DNA from: Syntrophorhabdaceae bacterium
GTDB lineage: Bacteria; Desulfobacterota; Syntrophorhabdia; Syntrophorhabdales; Syntrophorhabdaceae
DNA: 64,000 bases
Direction: 5' to 3'
Assembly (NCBI GenBank): GCA_963666485.2
Contig: CAXXUO010000002.1
Span: 256,001-320,000, forward strand
Shown: one piece after another, positions 52,127-61,936 of the stretch
Layout of the letters: every line of letters begins with the position of its first letter
How positions within the stretch are numbered: the stretch's first letter is position 1
Notes under the pieces: model-generated
Databases searched by the model: none
What the model was told of the DNA's origin: nothing
Seen by the model: the letters and a program-made list of their open reading frames with translations, nothing else
Translations under genes and position numbers: made by a program

Positions 52127-52544
52127 GGCTTTCTCCTTATAATGCCGGATACGATCGAGCCTCTCGGACCTTTTCGTAACCTGATAATTTTTATGGTGCT
52201 CTATATTCTAGCTTTTATACGGACTCCCGCACTATAGAGAGATATCGATATTTGATGTAGATAAAAGCTGATAAAATTAGGATCTTTACGTCCCGTTGAA
52301 AAAAGATTGTTTCGCAGAAAAACAGAGAGACCCTGCCACCAGGCCGGATTCTAGTAAATTCCTGATTCGTCGATGCAGGATCGATCCCGCCCCGGAATAT
52401 CTGCCTGAACCTTAAATACGTGCCCATGGTTATGTGAATAAATAACCGACTACAGGTAATCGTTAGGTCCAACGACATCATTCTGTCCCCGTACCTGATT
52501 AAATGATTCCCATTTAGGATCATTTGATCGTGAGGAGGTTTTTC

Positions 52545-53837
52545 ATGAAAAAATTGGCTTTAACCCTGTTAACTCTCTTGCTTGCCATCCCCGCATTGAG
52601 CGACGCGGGCGGCGTATCGAGCAGGTACGACGTGACATTCGGCGGGTATGTAAAATATGATGTCGGTTATTCAACGCAGAATAATAATGCGGACCCGATA
52701 CTGGCCAGCCGGGAAAGCAGCGGTAGAATTAGATGGCTCGCGGATGACTATGGGAATACATTCCAGACCGCGGGCGAAACGCGCTTTAACTTCCTCATCA
52801 AGGGCCCCGACCTGGGCGGCGCCAAAACAAAGGCCTTTATCGAAGGCGATTTCCGGGGGGTGACAACAGGAAGTTCTTACGGCGGTTTCCAGTTAAGGCA
52901 CGCTTTCATGACCCTGAACTGGCCGACTGCGGAATTAATGCTCGGGCAGAACTGGCAGCAATGGGGCATGCCGTACTATAACGCGGCGATCGGCATCAAT
53001 GATTTCGCCCAGTATATTGGCGGGCACAGGACCCCCCAGGCGGCATTCCGTTATTTTTTTACAAAGGAGTTCAATGCAATGGCCGGTCTGACCGCGGCGA
53101 CGGAATGGTCGGGAGCCGACGGGATCAACGGGTACAATGACGGTTATGCTCGAAGCGGCTGGCCCGGGCTCATGGGCGAGATAGCGTACACGACGGACGG
53201 GTGCGGCAAGATCGGACCGAACAACCTGAAATTTGCCATTGGCGGGTACTTCGGGAAAGAGAAACAGATATGGCCCCCGTACAAATCAACGCGCAGCGAA
53301 AAAGGGTACCAGGACGATGAAGTCGATGCATGGCTCACCGCCTTCCGGTACAGCATTCCCCTCGTCCCGGAAAAACAGGGCAATAAGGCAATGTCCCTTC
53401 TCCTGAACGGCAATTTCTTTTACGGCCAGAACGTGGCAGGCAATAACTGGATGATGCCCGGCGGCCCGAGCAATGGCTCATACTGGCGTAATTTCCGCAC
53501 CATGGAAGCTGCTGCCCCGGTGGTATGGGGAGCTTTCGCCCAACTTTCATGGTGGCTGACGGATACGCTGTCGGTCAACGGAATGTACGGGTACCTGAAA
53601 TATAAATATAGCACCATAGCCGAGGACCTGATGCCTGACCATGTCAACATGATGCAGACCTGGGGCGTGAATCTCTTGTGGAACGCCAACGAATCGCTGC
53701 GGTTGGGCCTGCAGTGGATGACGATGTTCACGGGGTACAACAGGCCGTACTATTTCCCGGCAATAGGCTTCAAGGACTCCGGGGACCGCACGGGAAAGAT
53801 CGACCAGTACAGGCTGGCAGCGTGGTATTTCTTCTAA
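52545..53837 (+). CDS. Outer-membrane porin (DcaP-like)
   Basis: RBS GAGGAGG, signal peptide, GGYVKYD, ETRFNF, FIEGDF, LRHAF, LGQNW, C-terminal aromatic WYFF. Confidence 0.8.
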   Translation: MKKLALTLLTLLLAIPALSDAGGVSSRYDVTFGGYVKYDVGYSTQNNNADPILASRESSGRIRWLADDYGNTFQTAGETRFNFLIKGPDLGGAKTKAFIEGDFRGVTTGSSYGGFQLRHAFMTLNWPTAELMLGQNWQQWGMPYYNAAIGINDFAQYIGGHRTPQAAFRYFFTKEFNAMAGLTAATEWSGADGINGYNDGYARSGWPGLMGEIAYTTDGCGKIGPNNLKFAIGGYFGKEKQIWPPYKSTRSEKGYQDDEVDAWLTAFRYSIPLVPEKQGNKAMSLLLNGNFFYGQNVAGNNWMMPGGPSNGSYWRNFRTMEAAAPVVWGAFAQLSWWLTDTLSVNGMYGYLKYKYSTIAEDLMPDHVNMMQTWGVNLLWNANESLRLGLQWMTMFTGYNRPYYFPAIGFKDSGDRTGKIDQYRLAAWYFF

Positions 53838-53854
53838 GACATTTCCCGGCTCAC

Positions 53855-53884
53855 ATGGGTCCCTTATAGTCAGGGGCCCATTTA
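53855..53884 (+). terminator. Possible intrinsic terminator after the porin
   Basis: Hairpin ATGGGTCCCT...AGGGGCCCAT followed by a short T run. Confidence 0.35.
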
Positions 53885-53953
53885 ACCCTGCCGGCCGACA
53901 ATCGTTCGCTTGTTTTCCCGGGCGGCATATACTACAATTCTAGCATTCACGGG

Positions 53954-55666
53954 ATGACACGAGAAGGTTCAACGAAGAGTAAAGCCAGAACAGCACAGGT
54001 CTTAAGGCTCCTGCACGCATTGCTTTCAGATATCGCCGGGCCGGAGATCAGGCGGCTTGTCACCGCCGCCCTTTTCATTTGTCTCTCCACTTTTGGTTCC
54101 ATCGCCGGGCCTTTCCTCATAAAAGAGATCATAGATGTCGCGCTTCCGGCGAGGGATGTCCGCCTCCTCGGCATTTACTCGGTACTCCTGCTCCTGACGA
54201 ATGCGGTTGCGCTCGTTTTCTGGTCCATCCATTCCCGTTTCGCCATACGCTCATCCGAAAGGATCTTTCTGAAATTCCGCGAAAAGCTTGTTTCCGCCGT
54301 CTTGCGGAAGAGGCTCGATTTCTTCTCCCGGTACGGGTCGGGGGATATCCTTACGAGAGTTAATAACGACCTCGACTTTATCAGCCTTTTTCTCCATCAG
54401 ACGGTGCTGCGCTGCCTGGCGTTTTCCGTTTTCTCGATCGTCCTCCTGGCCGGGCTCATTATCTGGAACTGGCGGCTGGGCCTCACATTCCTGCTGACCC
54501 TTCCCTTTCTCCAGTTCTACGCCTGGAAAACATACGAGCCCGCGGCGAAACATTTCAGGTTATCCAAGGAGAAACTTTCATCGCAGAGCGAGACCCTTCT
54601 CGATATCCTCGCCGGCGTCCCTGAACTGAGGTTCTACCAGCAGGGCCGGGAGGCGGTCCGGCGCTTCCGGCGCAACGCGGAGGCATATACCGAACAAAAT
54701 ATCCGGACGCTCATGATCAGTGATCATTTTTCGAACGGGCTCGATTTTCTCGGGGTACTGGTGCGGCTCCTGCCGTTCATCGTCGGCGGCTATCTTATCT
54801 GCCTCGGCTCATCCGACATTACGATAGGCATGCTCGTTGCCTATTTTGTCATATTCTTCCGCCTCGCGCTCCAGATATTCGCCATTTTTCAAGGCATCCT
54901 TGCATCCGCACAGGCGCTGCCCTCATTGCAGCGCCTGAAAGAACTCCTGGATTTTCCCGAAGATACCGAGCCCGAAGAGTTCGGCATCGATGAGGTCCCT
55001 GACGCGACCGATATTGAATTTAACGATGTCTCGTTCGCTTATCCGAACGGTCATCCCGTTTTTACAGGCCTCAACCTCCGTGTCAGCCAGGGAGAAAAGG
55101 TGGCCATCATGGGCCAGAGTGGATCCGGCAAAAGCACGCTCGCGCAGCTGATCACGCGGTTCCTTGCCCCGAGTTCCGGCCATGTGCTTTTCGGAGGCAA
55201 GGATGTCAGATCGTACCCCCTGGCGTTTTACCTGAGCTTTTTCGCCTATGTCCGGCAGGAGGCCCATTTATTCAAGGTCAGTTTCAAGGACAATATCGCG
55301 ATGGGGTGGTACGGGGTCCCCCTGGACCGCATCAAGGAAGCGGCGTCCCTTGTCCGCATGAACGACGTAATCGAGCGATTGCCGATGCACTATGACACCG
55401 TGTATGCCGAGGACGGCACGAATCTTTCCGGCGGGCAGAAACAAAGGATCGCTCTCGCGCGGGCGCTTATCCGGGACCCCCATATCCTGGTCCTCGACGA
55501 ATTCACCTCCGGGCTCGACCCCCAGGTGGAAAAAGAGATACTTGACGACATGTTCGCATTGTTCGAGAAACAGACGATCATATGCATAACCCATAAACAA
55601 TCGGTCGCCGACAGGTTTCAGAGGACCATTACGATCGGCCAGGCCGTGCACTCTCCCATTTCGTGA
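53954..55666 (+). CDS. ABC exporter, fused permease and ATPase
   Basis: N-terminal TM domain, GQSGSGKST, LSGGQKQRIALARAL, LVLDE, ITH. Confidence 0.92.
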   Translation: MTREGSTKSKARTAQVLRLLHALLSDIAGPEIRRLVTAALFICLSTFGSIAGPFLIKEIIDVALPARDVRLLGIYSVLLLLTNAVALVFWSIHSRFAIRSSERIFLKFREKLVSAVLRKRLDFFSRYGSGDILTRVNNDLDFISLFLHQTVLRCLAFSVFSIVLLAGLIIWNWRLGLTFLLTLPFLQFYAWKTYEPAAKHFRLSKEKLSSQSETLLDILAGVPELRFYQQGREAVRRFRRNAEAYTEQNIRTLMISDHFSNGLDFLGVLVRLLPFIVGGYLICLGSSDITIGMLVAYFVIFFRLALQIFAIFQGILASAQALPSLQRLKELLDFPEDTEPEEFGIDEVPDATDIEFNDVSFAYPNGHPVFTGLNLRVSQGEKVAIMGQSGSGKSTLAQLITRFLAPSSGHVLFGGKDVRSYPLAFYLSFFAYVRQEAHLFKVSFKDNIAMGWYGVPLDRIKEAASLVRMNDVIERLPMHYDTVYAEDGTNLSGGQKQRIALARALIRDPHILVLDEFTSGLDPQVEKEILDDMFALFEKQTIICITHKQSVADRFQRTITIGQAVHSPIS

Positions 55667-55713
55667 GATAATGGGACGCAATAATTCATGAGTTCATTGA
55701 GGAGGAATATTAC

Positions 55714-56700
55714 ATGATCAAATTGACGCCGGATGAGGTCAGGGAACGTTTCGGGAAATTCTATTATGAATCCTTCCTCACAATAGTGGATAGTGAAAAA
55801 AGTAAGATCGAGATAGTCGAAACCTTCGGCAATTATCCCGGCAGTGCGGAATGGACTGCGATAAACAGGTGCCGGGCAGGAGGAATAATCGAGTCCTATG
55901 AAATATACGGGCAGACATCGTATATCAGGGCCAGGCTGGGCGAATCTCCCGTTCATTTCGGGCCCGCGGATGCCGAGCAGGGCGGACAGGCGCTGCAGGG
56001 GGCGCTGGTCGAAGGTGACCGGGTCAGGACAAAATGGATCGGCATCGCAGGCATGAGCCTGAGCACATGCGGTTCCCTGACGCAGGCCCCGGGGGTCATC
56101 GAAGCGTGGTACCCCTCCGAAGACGACCTCAATGTCGGGGGCAATAAGACAGGGCGTGTCGAGATCATCTCTCCGGCGTACGAAAAAATAAGCTTCGGTA
56201 TTGACGATACGGACGACCCGAGCGGCGGGGCAACATTCGCGCTTATAGTGAACGCGCGGCTCGAGGCGGGCAAGATCCCCGGGGTACACCCTCTTATGGT
56301 CAGGTTTGCCCAGTTGCTGCCGAAGTGCCCTTATAAAACGACGAACTGTACGTCGTCATTTATGTCCTTCGCGGTCAGGCCGGGTACAGCCCGGAAGGTC
56401 ATCGATGTCATCGTGGACATGGTCAGGTCTCAATCACGCTCCGATGATGCCGCAATCGCCGTGCTGAGCGGTATAGGTGTGCCCGGGAACCTGGTTGCCT
56501 TCGGGTGGGATGCGAAAAGGCGCATGATCTCGCTCGACGAGGCATATGCGTTGGATGGCAAAGAAGGGGTTGATCTGATCCCCGTGGGACCCGGCAAAAA
56601 GGGGCTGATCGGCGCATTGGCTGCACTTGGCCTCTCCGAAGAAAAATATGCCGCCGCCCTCGAAAATGATAAAGGTTTTGACCTTATCAGAAGATGGTAG
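55714..56700 (+). CDS. Methanogenesis marker protein 11 (DUF1743/TiaS-like) homolog
   Basis: RBS GAGGAGG. GIDDTD..GGAT, QL.P..P.KTTNC.S, GLIGALAA (TiaS-like C-half). The N-half motifs EW..NR.RAGG, GGQAL.G and QAPGV match the archaeal family as I recall it. Confidence 0.75.
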   Translation: MIKLTPDEVRERFGKFYYESFLTIVDSEKSKIEIVETFGNYPGSAEWTAINRCRAGGIIESYEIYGQTSYIRARLGESPVHFGPADAEQGGQALQGALVEGDRVRTKWIGIAGMSLSTCGSLTQAPGVIEAWYPSEDDLNVGGNKTGRVEIISPAYEKISFGIDDTDDPSGGATFALIVNARLEAGKIPGVHPLMVRFAQLLPKCPYKTTNCTSSFMSFAVRPGTARKVIDVIVDMVRSQSRSDDAAIAVLSGIGVPGNLVAFGWDAKRRMISLDEAYALDGKEGVDLIPVGPGKKGLIGALAALGLSEEKYAAALENDKGFDLIRRW

Positions 56701-56725
56701 AAAACGACCGCTTTAGGACTGTTCC

Positions 56726-58231
56726 GTGGAACCTTTCGCTGACAATTCAACGCTGATCGTACCGAACGATCTTTTTTATATGCCCCTCATCCAGGCTTTT
56801 ATATCTGAGGTTGCAAACAGGATGGGATTCAGCAAGCGTGACATGTCCATGATGATGGTCGCTGTCGAAGAAGCGGTCGTGAACGTGGTCAGGCATGCCT
56901 TTGAGCCCGGTGAGAAAACAACCTTTCAGGTCATTGTTGCACCGGGCAATATGAACTTAACGGTCATTATCAAAGACAAGGGACTGCCGTATTCACCTGG
57001 CATCGTGCCCGATTATAACCCCCCGTCCGATATTTATGACGCAGCCAATGCCGGGCTTGGCTTATATCTTATAAGGAAGGGCGTTGACGAAATATTTTTC
57101 AATAACCTGGGCCGGGAAGGCAAAGAACTGCACCTTGTCAAACATGTTCCGTACCGCAGTGTCCAGGAGATACACACCGAAACCGAACTTGAACGTTTCC
57201 CTGAACCTGTCGTAACAGGACCGGCCAAACAAAAGTCCTTTTCCATCCGCCCGATAGAACCGTCCGAGGTTTACGACGTGTCAAGGCTGTTTTACCGGAC
57301 GTACGGGTATACATACGGCGTCGATACGATCTATTACCCTGAAAAACTCGCCCAAAGCCACGCCGATGGAACGATAACATCCGTGGTGACTGTCGGGGAA
57401 GATGGCCGCCTCGTCGGGCATGCCGCACTTGTGCGCGATGGCAGGGAAGACAGGATAGCCGAGCTGGCAATGGCTGTTGTCGAGCCCTCGTACAGGGGGC
57501 ACGGATGTCAAAACCTGATGACCCTGCGCCTCGTTGAGGAAGCGAAGAAGGAAGGCCTCGCCGGGATATACAGCAAGGCCGTCACCAATCACATGTACGC
57601 ACAGAAAGCCGGGGAGAAAGCGGGATTCAAACGGTGTGCGCTTGTCGCCGGTGTGATCCCCGCAGACAGGATATATAAGGGAATGGACGCTGCCTTAACC
57701 CAGCGCGGATCGGTGGTCTTTGGGTACAAGGCGGTTGGCGACCCGGGGAATATCATGGTGTTTGCACCGTCAAAACACAGCGCGATCATCCAGAAGACGT
57801 ACGGGGCATTGGGGATAGACCGGGTCTTCGCGGAAGGGCCCCGGAAAGAGCAGGAGGCCGATGAGGAGCCAGGGGACGTCAGGGTCGCCGTTATTCCCGG
57901 ATTCAACCGTGGGACAATTGAGGTCAAGAAATACGGAAAGCATACAGCGGTGCAGGTGCACACCATCCTCAAGATGCTTTGTTACCAGAAGGTCGACCAG
58001 ATAACGCTTTATCTCAATTCCCACGATCCGGCCATATGTGGTCTGATCGACACATTTGAAAACATGGGGTTCTTCTACGCAGGCATCCTGCCCTTTTCGC
58101 ACGTGGGAGACGCGCTGCTGCTCCAATATCTCAACAATGCGCCCATCGATTACGACAAGGTTTACGTGGCATGCGAGATGGGCCGCGAGATCCTGGAATA
58201 TGTGAGATCATGCGATCCTAACAACCGGTAG
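56726..58231 (+). CDS. Fusion of RsbW-like HATPase_c domain and GNAT acetyltransferase
   Basis: AVEEAVVNVVRHA, DKG, GLGLYLI; then FYRTYGYTY...YYPE, LVGHAAL, VVEPSYRGHG, AVTNH..AQK. Confidence 0.8.
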   Translation: MEPFADNSTLIVPNDLFYMPLIQAFISEVANRMGFSKRDMSMMMVAVEEAVVNVVRHAFEPGEKTTFQVIVAPGNMNLTVIIKDKGLPYSPGIVPDYNPPSDIYDAANAGLGLYLIRKGVDEIFFNNLGREGKELHLVKHVPYRSVQEIHTETELERFPEPVVTGPAKQKSFSIRPIEPSEVYDVSRLFYRTYGYTYGVDTIYYPEKLAQSHADGTITSVVTVGEDGRLVGHAALVRDGREDRIAELAMAVVEPSYRGHGCQNLMTLRLVEEAKKEGLAGIYSKAVTNHMYAQKAGEKAGFKRCALVAGVIPADRIYKGMDAALTQRGSVVFGYKAVGDPGNIMVFAPSKHSAIIQKTYGALGIDRVFAEGPRKEQEADEEPGDVRVAVIPGFNRGTIEVKKYGKHTAVQVHTILKMLCYQKVDQITLYLNSHDPAICGLIDTFENMGFFYAGILPFSHVGDALLLQYLNNAPIDYDKVYVACEMGREILEYVRSCDPNNR

Positions 58232-58232
58232 A

Positions 58233-58334
58233 CCACACACACCCCTCGTCATCCACACACACCCCTCGTCATCCACACACCACCGTCGTCATCCACACAC
58301 CACCGTCGTCATCCACACACCACCGTCGTCATCC
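58233..58334. repeat. Five tandem 20-bp repeats
   Basis: CCACACACACCCCTCGTCAT x2, then CCACACACCACCGTCGTCAT x3. The last unit runs into the family B palindrome. Confidence 0.9.
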
Positions 58335-58473
58335 CGGTGCTTGACACCGGGATCCAGTGTCTTTGTCCTTTCTTTTTTATTTCCGGTATAAGCGATCTCA
58401 GACTGTGCAATAACCACATGCAAGACGGATATGAGAGAAATCCTGGATCCCGGTGTCAAGCACCGGGATGACG
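58327..58473. repeat. Palindromic element, family B, copy 2
   Basis: Arms at 58327-58357 and 58443-58473, identical to the arms at 10226-10375. Confidence 0.88.
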
Positions 58474-59901
58474 TGAATTGGTAGAAGCCCTTCTATTTAT
58501 TTTCCCGAGCAGCGAAAAAATACATGCGACAAAACAGCACAATGCGCCCGCCAGGTATGCGTAACGGAAGCCCGGCAATGCGGATTGTGCGGTCAGTTTT
58601 CCGACGAGATCGCTCCCGCCGGACACACCCGAGGAAAAGATCGCCTCTAAAACGGTGACCCCGAGCACCATCCCGAGATTGTTGACCGTGTTGAACAGTC
58701 CCGAGGACACCCCGCGTTTATCCGGGGGCGCGTATGTCATGATCTGGTTATTGTTTGGTGAAAAAAACAGGACAAAGGAAAGCGCAAGCCAGACGAGATA
58801 TACGAATACCGTGGCATAGCCTCCCCGGGAAAGCGATAACGCAAATGTCAGGACGCAGGCCGTGGCGGACAGTGTGGCAATGCTGCATAACAGTGCGGGG
58901 TTTACCCGGTCTGAAAGCCGGCCGGCCGCAGGAGACAGAGCAACATAAATGACCGAATAGGCTATGAGGACCATTCCCGTCTGCTGCGCGTTGAGCCCCA
59001 TTACCACGTCGAGATAAAATGGCAGAAGGATGCCGTTCCCGGATATGAGCATATAGGCGAAGAATGTCGCTATAAGGGCGAATGTAAAATGAGGACGGGA
59101 AAAAAGGCGTATGTCGAGAAGCGGGTCATCGTGCCGCAGTTCCCACCAGGCAAAGAACCCGAGCGATATGAGGGCCAACCCCAAACAACCGACAGTCTCC
59201 GGCGACAACCCCCGGGTATTGAGATGATTGATACCCCATATGAAGAAGGCAAGTCCCGCGAAACTTACTGCGGCACCCGTAAAATCAAACGGCTGGCCCT
59301 CCCCTCGAACCGTCTTGCCGCCACGGTCATCAGGCCCCGGAATGAATCTGCTGCCCGCTGCAATTGCTGCTATACCGACAGGGACGTTGATAAAGAATGC
59401 CCAGTTCCATGAAAGGTATCCCGTCACGATCCCGCCGACGGGAGCGCCTGTCGCCACGCCGAGGGCCGATGCGGTCGAGGTGATGCCGAACGCCCATCCC
59501 GTCCTTTCGGGCGGCAAAAGCTGGGAGATTATCGCAAAGCTGACGGCAAGAAGCATCGAGGCGCCGATCCCCTGGATAACGCGGCACAGGATAAGCATCG
59601 TGAGATCATGAGACAGCCCGCACAAGAGCGAGCCCACCGTGAAAACCGCGTACCCTGCGATGAACACGCGTTTCAATCCTATCCTGTCGCCGAGCTTTCC
59701 AAAAAGCAGCAGCGTTGTCGTGATAACGAGAAGATAGGATGAGAGTACCTGGGAAGCATCTGACGATGACATACCGAGCGAACGGGAGATCGTCGGCAGG
59801 GAAACGTTGACCATGTAATTATTGAGGCGCACAAGGAATGAGCTGAACGCCACGCTCATCACGATCAGAAAATAGGCATACGTACGGTTTTGGGCGGCCA
59901 A
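58456..59901 (-). CDS. MFS transporter, DHA2 (14-TM) family
   Basis: VNVSLPTI, FGKLGDRIGLKR, RVIQGIGAS, WNWAFFINVPVG, FDFTGA, PLLDIRLF. Confidence 0.9.
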   Translation of the reverse strand: MAAQNRTYAYFLIVMSVAFSSFLVRLNNYMVNVSLPTISRSLGMSSSDASQVLSSYLLVITTTLLLFGKLGDRIGLKRVFIAGYAVFTVGSLLCGLSHDLTMLILCRVIQGIGASMLLAVSFAIISQLLPPERTGWAFGITSTASALGVATGAPVGGIVTGYLSWNWAFFINVPVGIAAIAAGSRFIPGPDDRGGKTVRGEGQPFDFTGAAVSFAGLAFFIWGINHLNTRGLSPETVGCLGLALISLGFFAWWELRHDDPLLDIRLFSRPHFTFALIATFFAYMLISGNGILLPFYLDVVMGLNAQQTGMVLIAYSVIYVALSPAAGRLSDRVNPALLCSIATLSATACVLTFALSLSRGGYATVFVYLVWLALSFVLFFSPNNNQIMTYAPPDKRGVSSGLFNTVNNLGMVLGVTVLEAIFSSGVSGGSDLVGKLTAQSALPGFRYAYLAGALCCFVACIFSLLGKINRRASTNSRHPGA

Positions 59902-59911
59902 TGTGAATTAT

Positions 59912-61054
59912 TTATAATCTTTGGCTGTCCATCGCAAGCTTTTTCTCGTCGCCCTTTAGTTCCCGGGGACAATGTGCGGCGCGGTGCGGGTCATGATCGA
60001 GGACATAGGACTTGATGGCGGCAAGTGTCTCCGATGCCACGTTAATATCATCATAGTCGACATGGGCGTTATGGACATATTGAAGGACGAGAGCGTCCCC
60101 GACCGGGGAATGCGGCATGATACCCGAAATAAAGAACCCCAGGCGTTCGAATTCCCGGCAGGCCGTTGCAGTATGGGGTGATGCCAGGGGAAGCTCCATC
60201 GAAATGTATCGGATATCCCTCGCCCGCATATCACGCCACAGTTCCTCGACGCAGCGGTAAATACCCACACCATACCGATCGATCGTGACCTGCGCCACAT
60301 CCCTGGCGACCATGCGCGCCTTCAGTAAGGCACGCCCTGTTAAAGGGGGGCGATCCGCCGGCGCAAGGCTTACCGGGGAGCGCTTCAATCCTGCCTGTCT
60401 GTACAGCATCTCGATAAATTTACGATGGTGTACAGGGGGATATATCGTTATGTCCCGTTGATCCTTGAGCGGCAGGTAGCCTATTGCCAGGGATTGTCTT
60501 CTCCCGGGGGCCGGATGTTTTCCGTCGTATATCCTGCGGTCCGGCATTATGCCCACCTGGAGACCGATGCGCTTGAAACCGAACTTCTGGCCCGTCTTTT
60601 GTGCAAATACATGGTGCGTCACACCCTGGCTCAGGATCCCCTCAAGACCTCGCGCCCGCGCCTCCTGTATGACCGCGCCCAGCATCCTGGATTCACACCC
60701 CATATTGCGAAAATCTCGATGGACCACAGACAATGCGGCCCGCCCAAAATCAGCCTCTTTATTGTCCTTTATCAGTGCACAGTGGCCGACCACCCGGCCG
60801 TCAGGGGCAATGGCAACGATCGACGTCAACTCCCCTCTCGATATTCTTCCCGCCAGGATATCCGCACTGTAAACCCCGGGGTTTGCGTCTCCAAAGACGC
60901 TTTCAAAAGTGCGGCCATAGACGCTTTCAAATAGTGCCGGTATTTGCTGCACATCCCCGGGTCCCGCTTTTCGTATTTCGATCAAGGACGTGCATTCGTG
61001 CCGGGCCGATGAATCATGCACGACCCTGCTTGCGGACGAAACGGACGATATCAT
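59912..61054 (-). CDS. GNAT acetyltransferase, paralog of the C-terminal part of 56726-58231
   Basis: VVGHCAL, VVHRDFRNMG, GVTHHVFAQK, FERLGFFISGIMPHSPVGDALVLQY. Confidence 0.8.
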   Translation of the reverse strand: MISSVSSASRVVHDSSARHECTSLIEIRKAGPGDVQQIPALFESVYGRTFESVFGDANPGVYSADILAGRISRGELTSIVAIAPDGRVVGHCALIKDNKEADFGRAALSVVHRDFRNMGCESRMLGAVIQEARARGLEGILSQGVTHHVFAQKTGQKFGFKRIGLQVGIMPDRRIYDGKHPAPGRRQSLAIGYLPLKDQRDITIYPPVHHRKFIEMLYRQAGLKRSPVSLAPADRPPLTGRALLKARMVARDVAQVTIDRYGVGIYRCVEELWRDMRARDIRYISMELPLASPHTATACREFERLGFFISGIMPHSPVGDALVLQYVHNAHVDYDDINVASETLAAIKSYVLDHDPHRAAHCPRELKGDEKKLAMDSQRL

Positions 61055-61098
61055 GACCCTTTTCCTTCCCCTTTCACGTCAGTTAACATGGTGCCCCT

Positions 61099-61572
61099 TC
61101 AATCCCTCGCAATGTCCGCCATACCGGCGAGGTCCTCCGGGATCGGCAAATACTTGATCAGATGGAGCTCTTTCCCGTCGGGATGGTTCCTCACCATCAC
61201 CTGGTCAAAACTGCTTCGCATGATCTGGAAACCCAGGCCCGACTCGGGGTAACTGTCAATATTCCTCGCAGACATATCGTCCGGGTACAGTGCAGTTTCG
61301 TGTTCGAACGGTTTGCCGTCATCCCGGACAACGATCGAGAACAGGGAGTCCGTAATACGGAATATGATCTCATACATAGCTTTTTCCGTCGTGCCGTATG
61401 AATGCGTGATAACGTTAAGAATGGCCTCTTCGAGCCCGAGGCACACCTTGGCCCTGTCGACGGCGCCGAGGCGCGCTTTTTTGCCCAACTCGTCCGTAAA
61501 TGCCTTCGAAGCCATAAGCGAATAGAGATTGTTCGGAAGTACCAGTTTCGAACTGTAACCCAGACCCTTCAT
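61099..61572 (-). CDS. RsbW-like ATP-binding protein (HATPase_c)
   Basis: RBS GGAGGT. LEEAILNVITH, DDGKPF, GLGFQIM, GKELHLIK. Confidence 0.85.
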   Translation of the reverse strand: MKGLGYSSKLVLPNNLYSLMASKAFTDELGKKARLGAVDRAKVCLGLEEAILNVITHSYGTTEKAMYEIIFRITDSLFSIVVRDDGKPFEHETALYPDDMSARNIDSYPESGLGFQIMRSSFDQVMVRNHPDGKELHLIKYLPIPEDLAGMADIARD

Positions 61573-61936
61573 GCACGACCTCCTTTTTTCGGAACTATCG
61601 ATCTATGCGAACAGACAGATGTGCCCGGTGGACAGCCGACAGAAAGGCGAGGGAGAGAAATTCCATCGTCTGCGGGATTTGGTTTCAGGCATGATGGGGG
61701 GTAATTAGCGGCGCAGGTCTGCGCCAGCGGTATACTTCTTTGCTGCAAAGGCTTCCTTACCCGTCGATCCAGAAATGCTCTCCGCTCGCCCAGTAATGAC
61801 TTCATAACCCTTAGGGTATCAGTCGGACCGCATTTCGTCTGTCGTCCGGTGTGAACGAATGGTGTCGTCTAATGATTATTTCCCGGTACGGGAAAAAGAG
61901 TGTACATTGTGTTATGGGCCCGCGTGACCGTGCGGA

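Noticed and set aside
58233..58334. Tandem 20-bp repeats as a CRISPR array
   Set aside because: No unique spacers and no cas genes.
61569..61805. 78-aa ORF with four Cys upstream of the HATPase gene as a peptide substrate
   Set aside because: Weak RBS and no leader/core pattern. It overlaps the likely promoter/5' UTR. I cannot exclude it, but nothing supports it.
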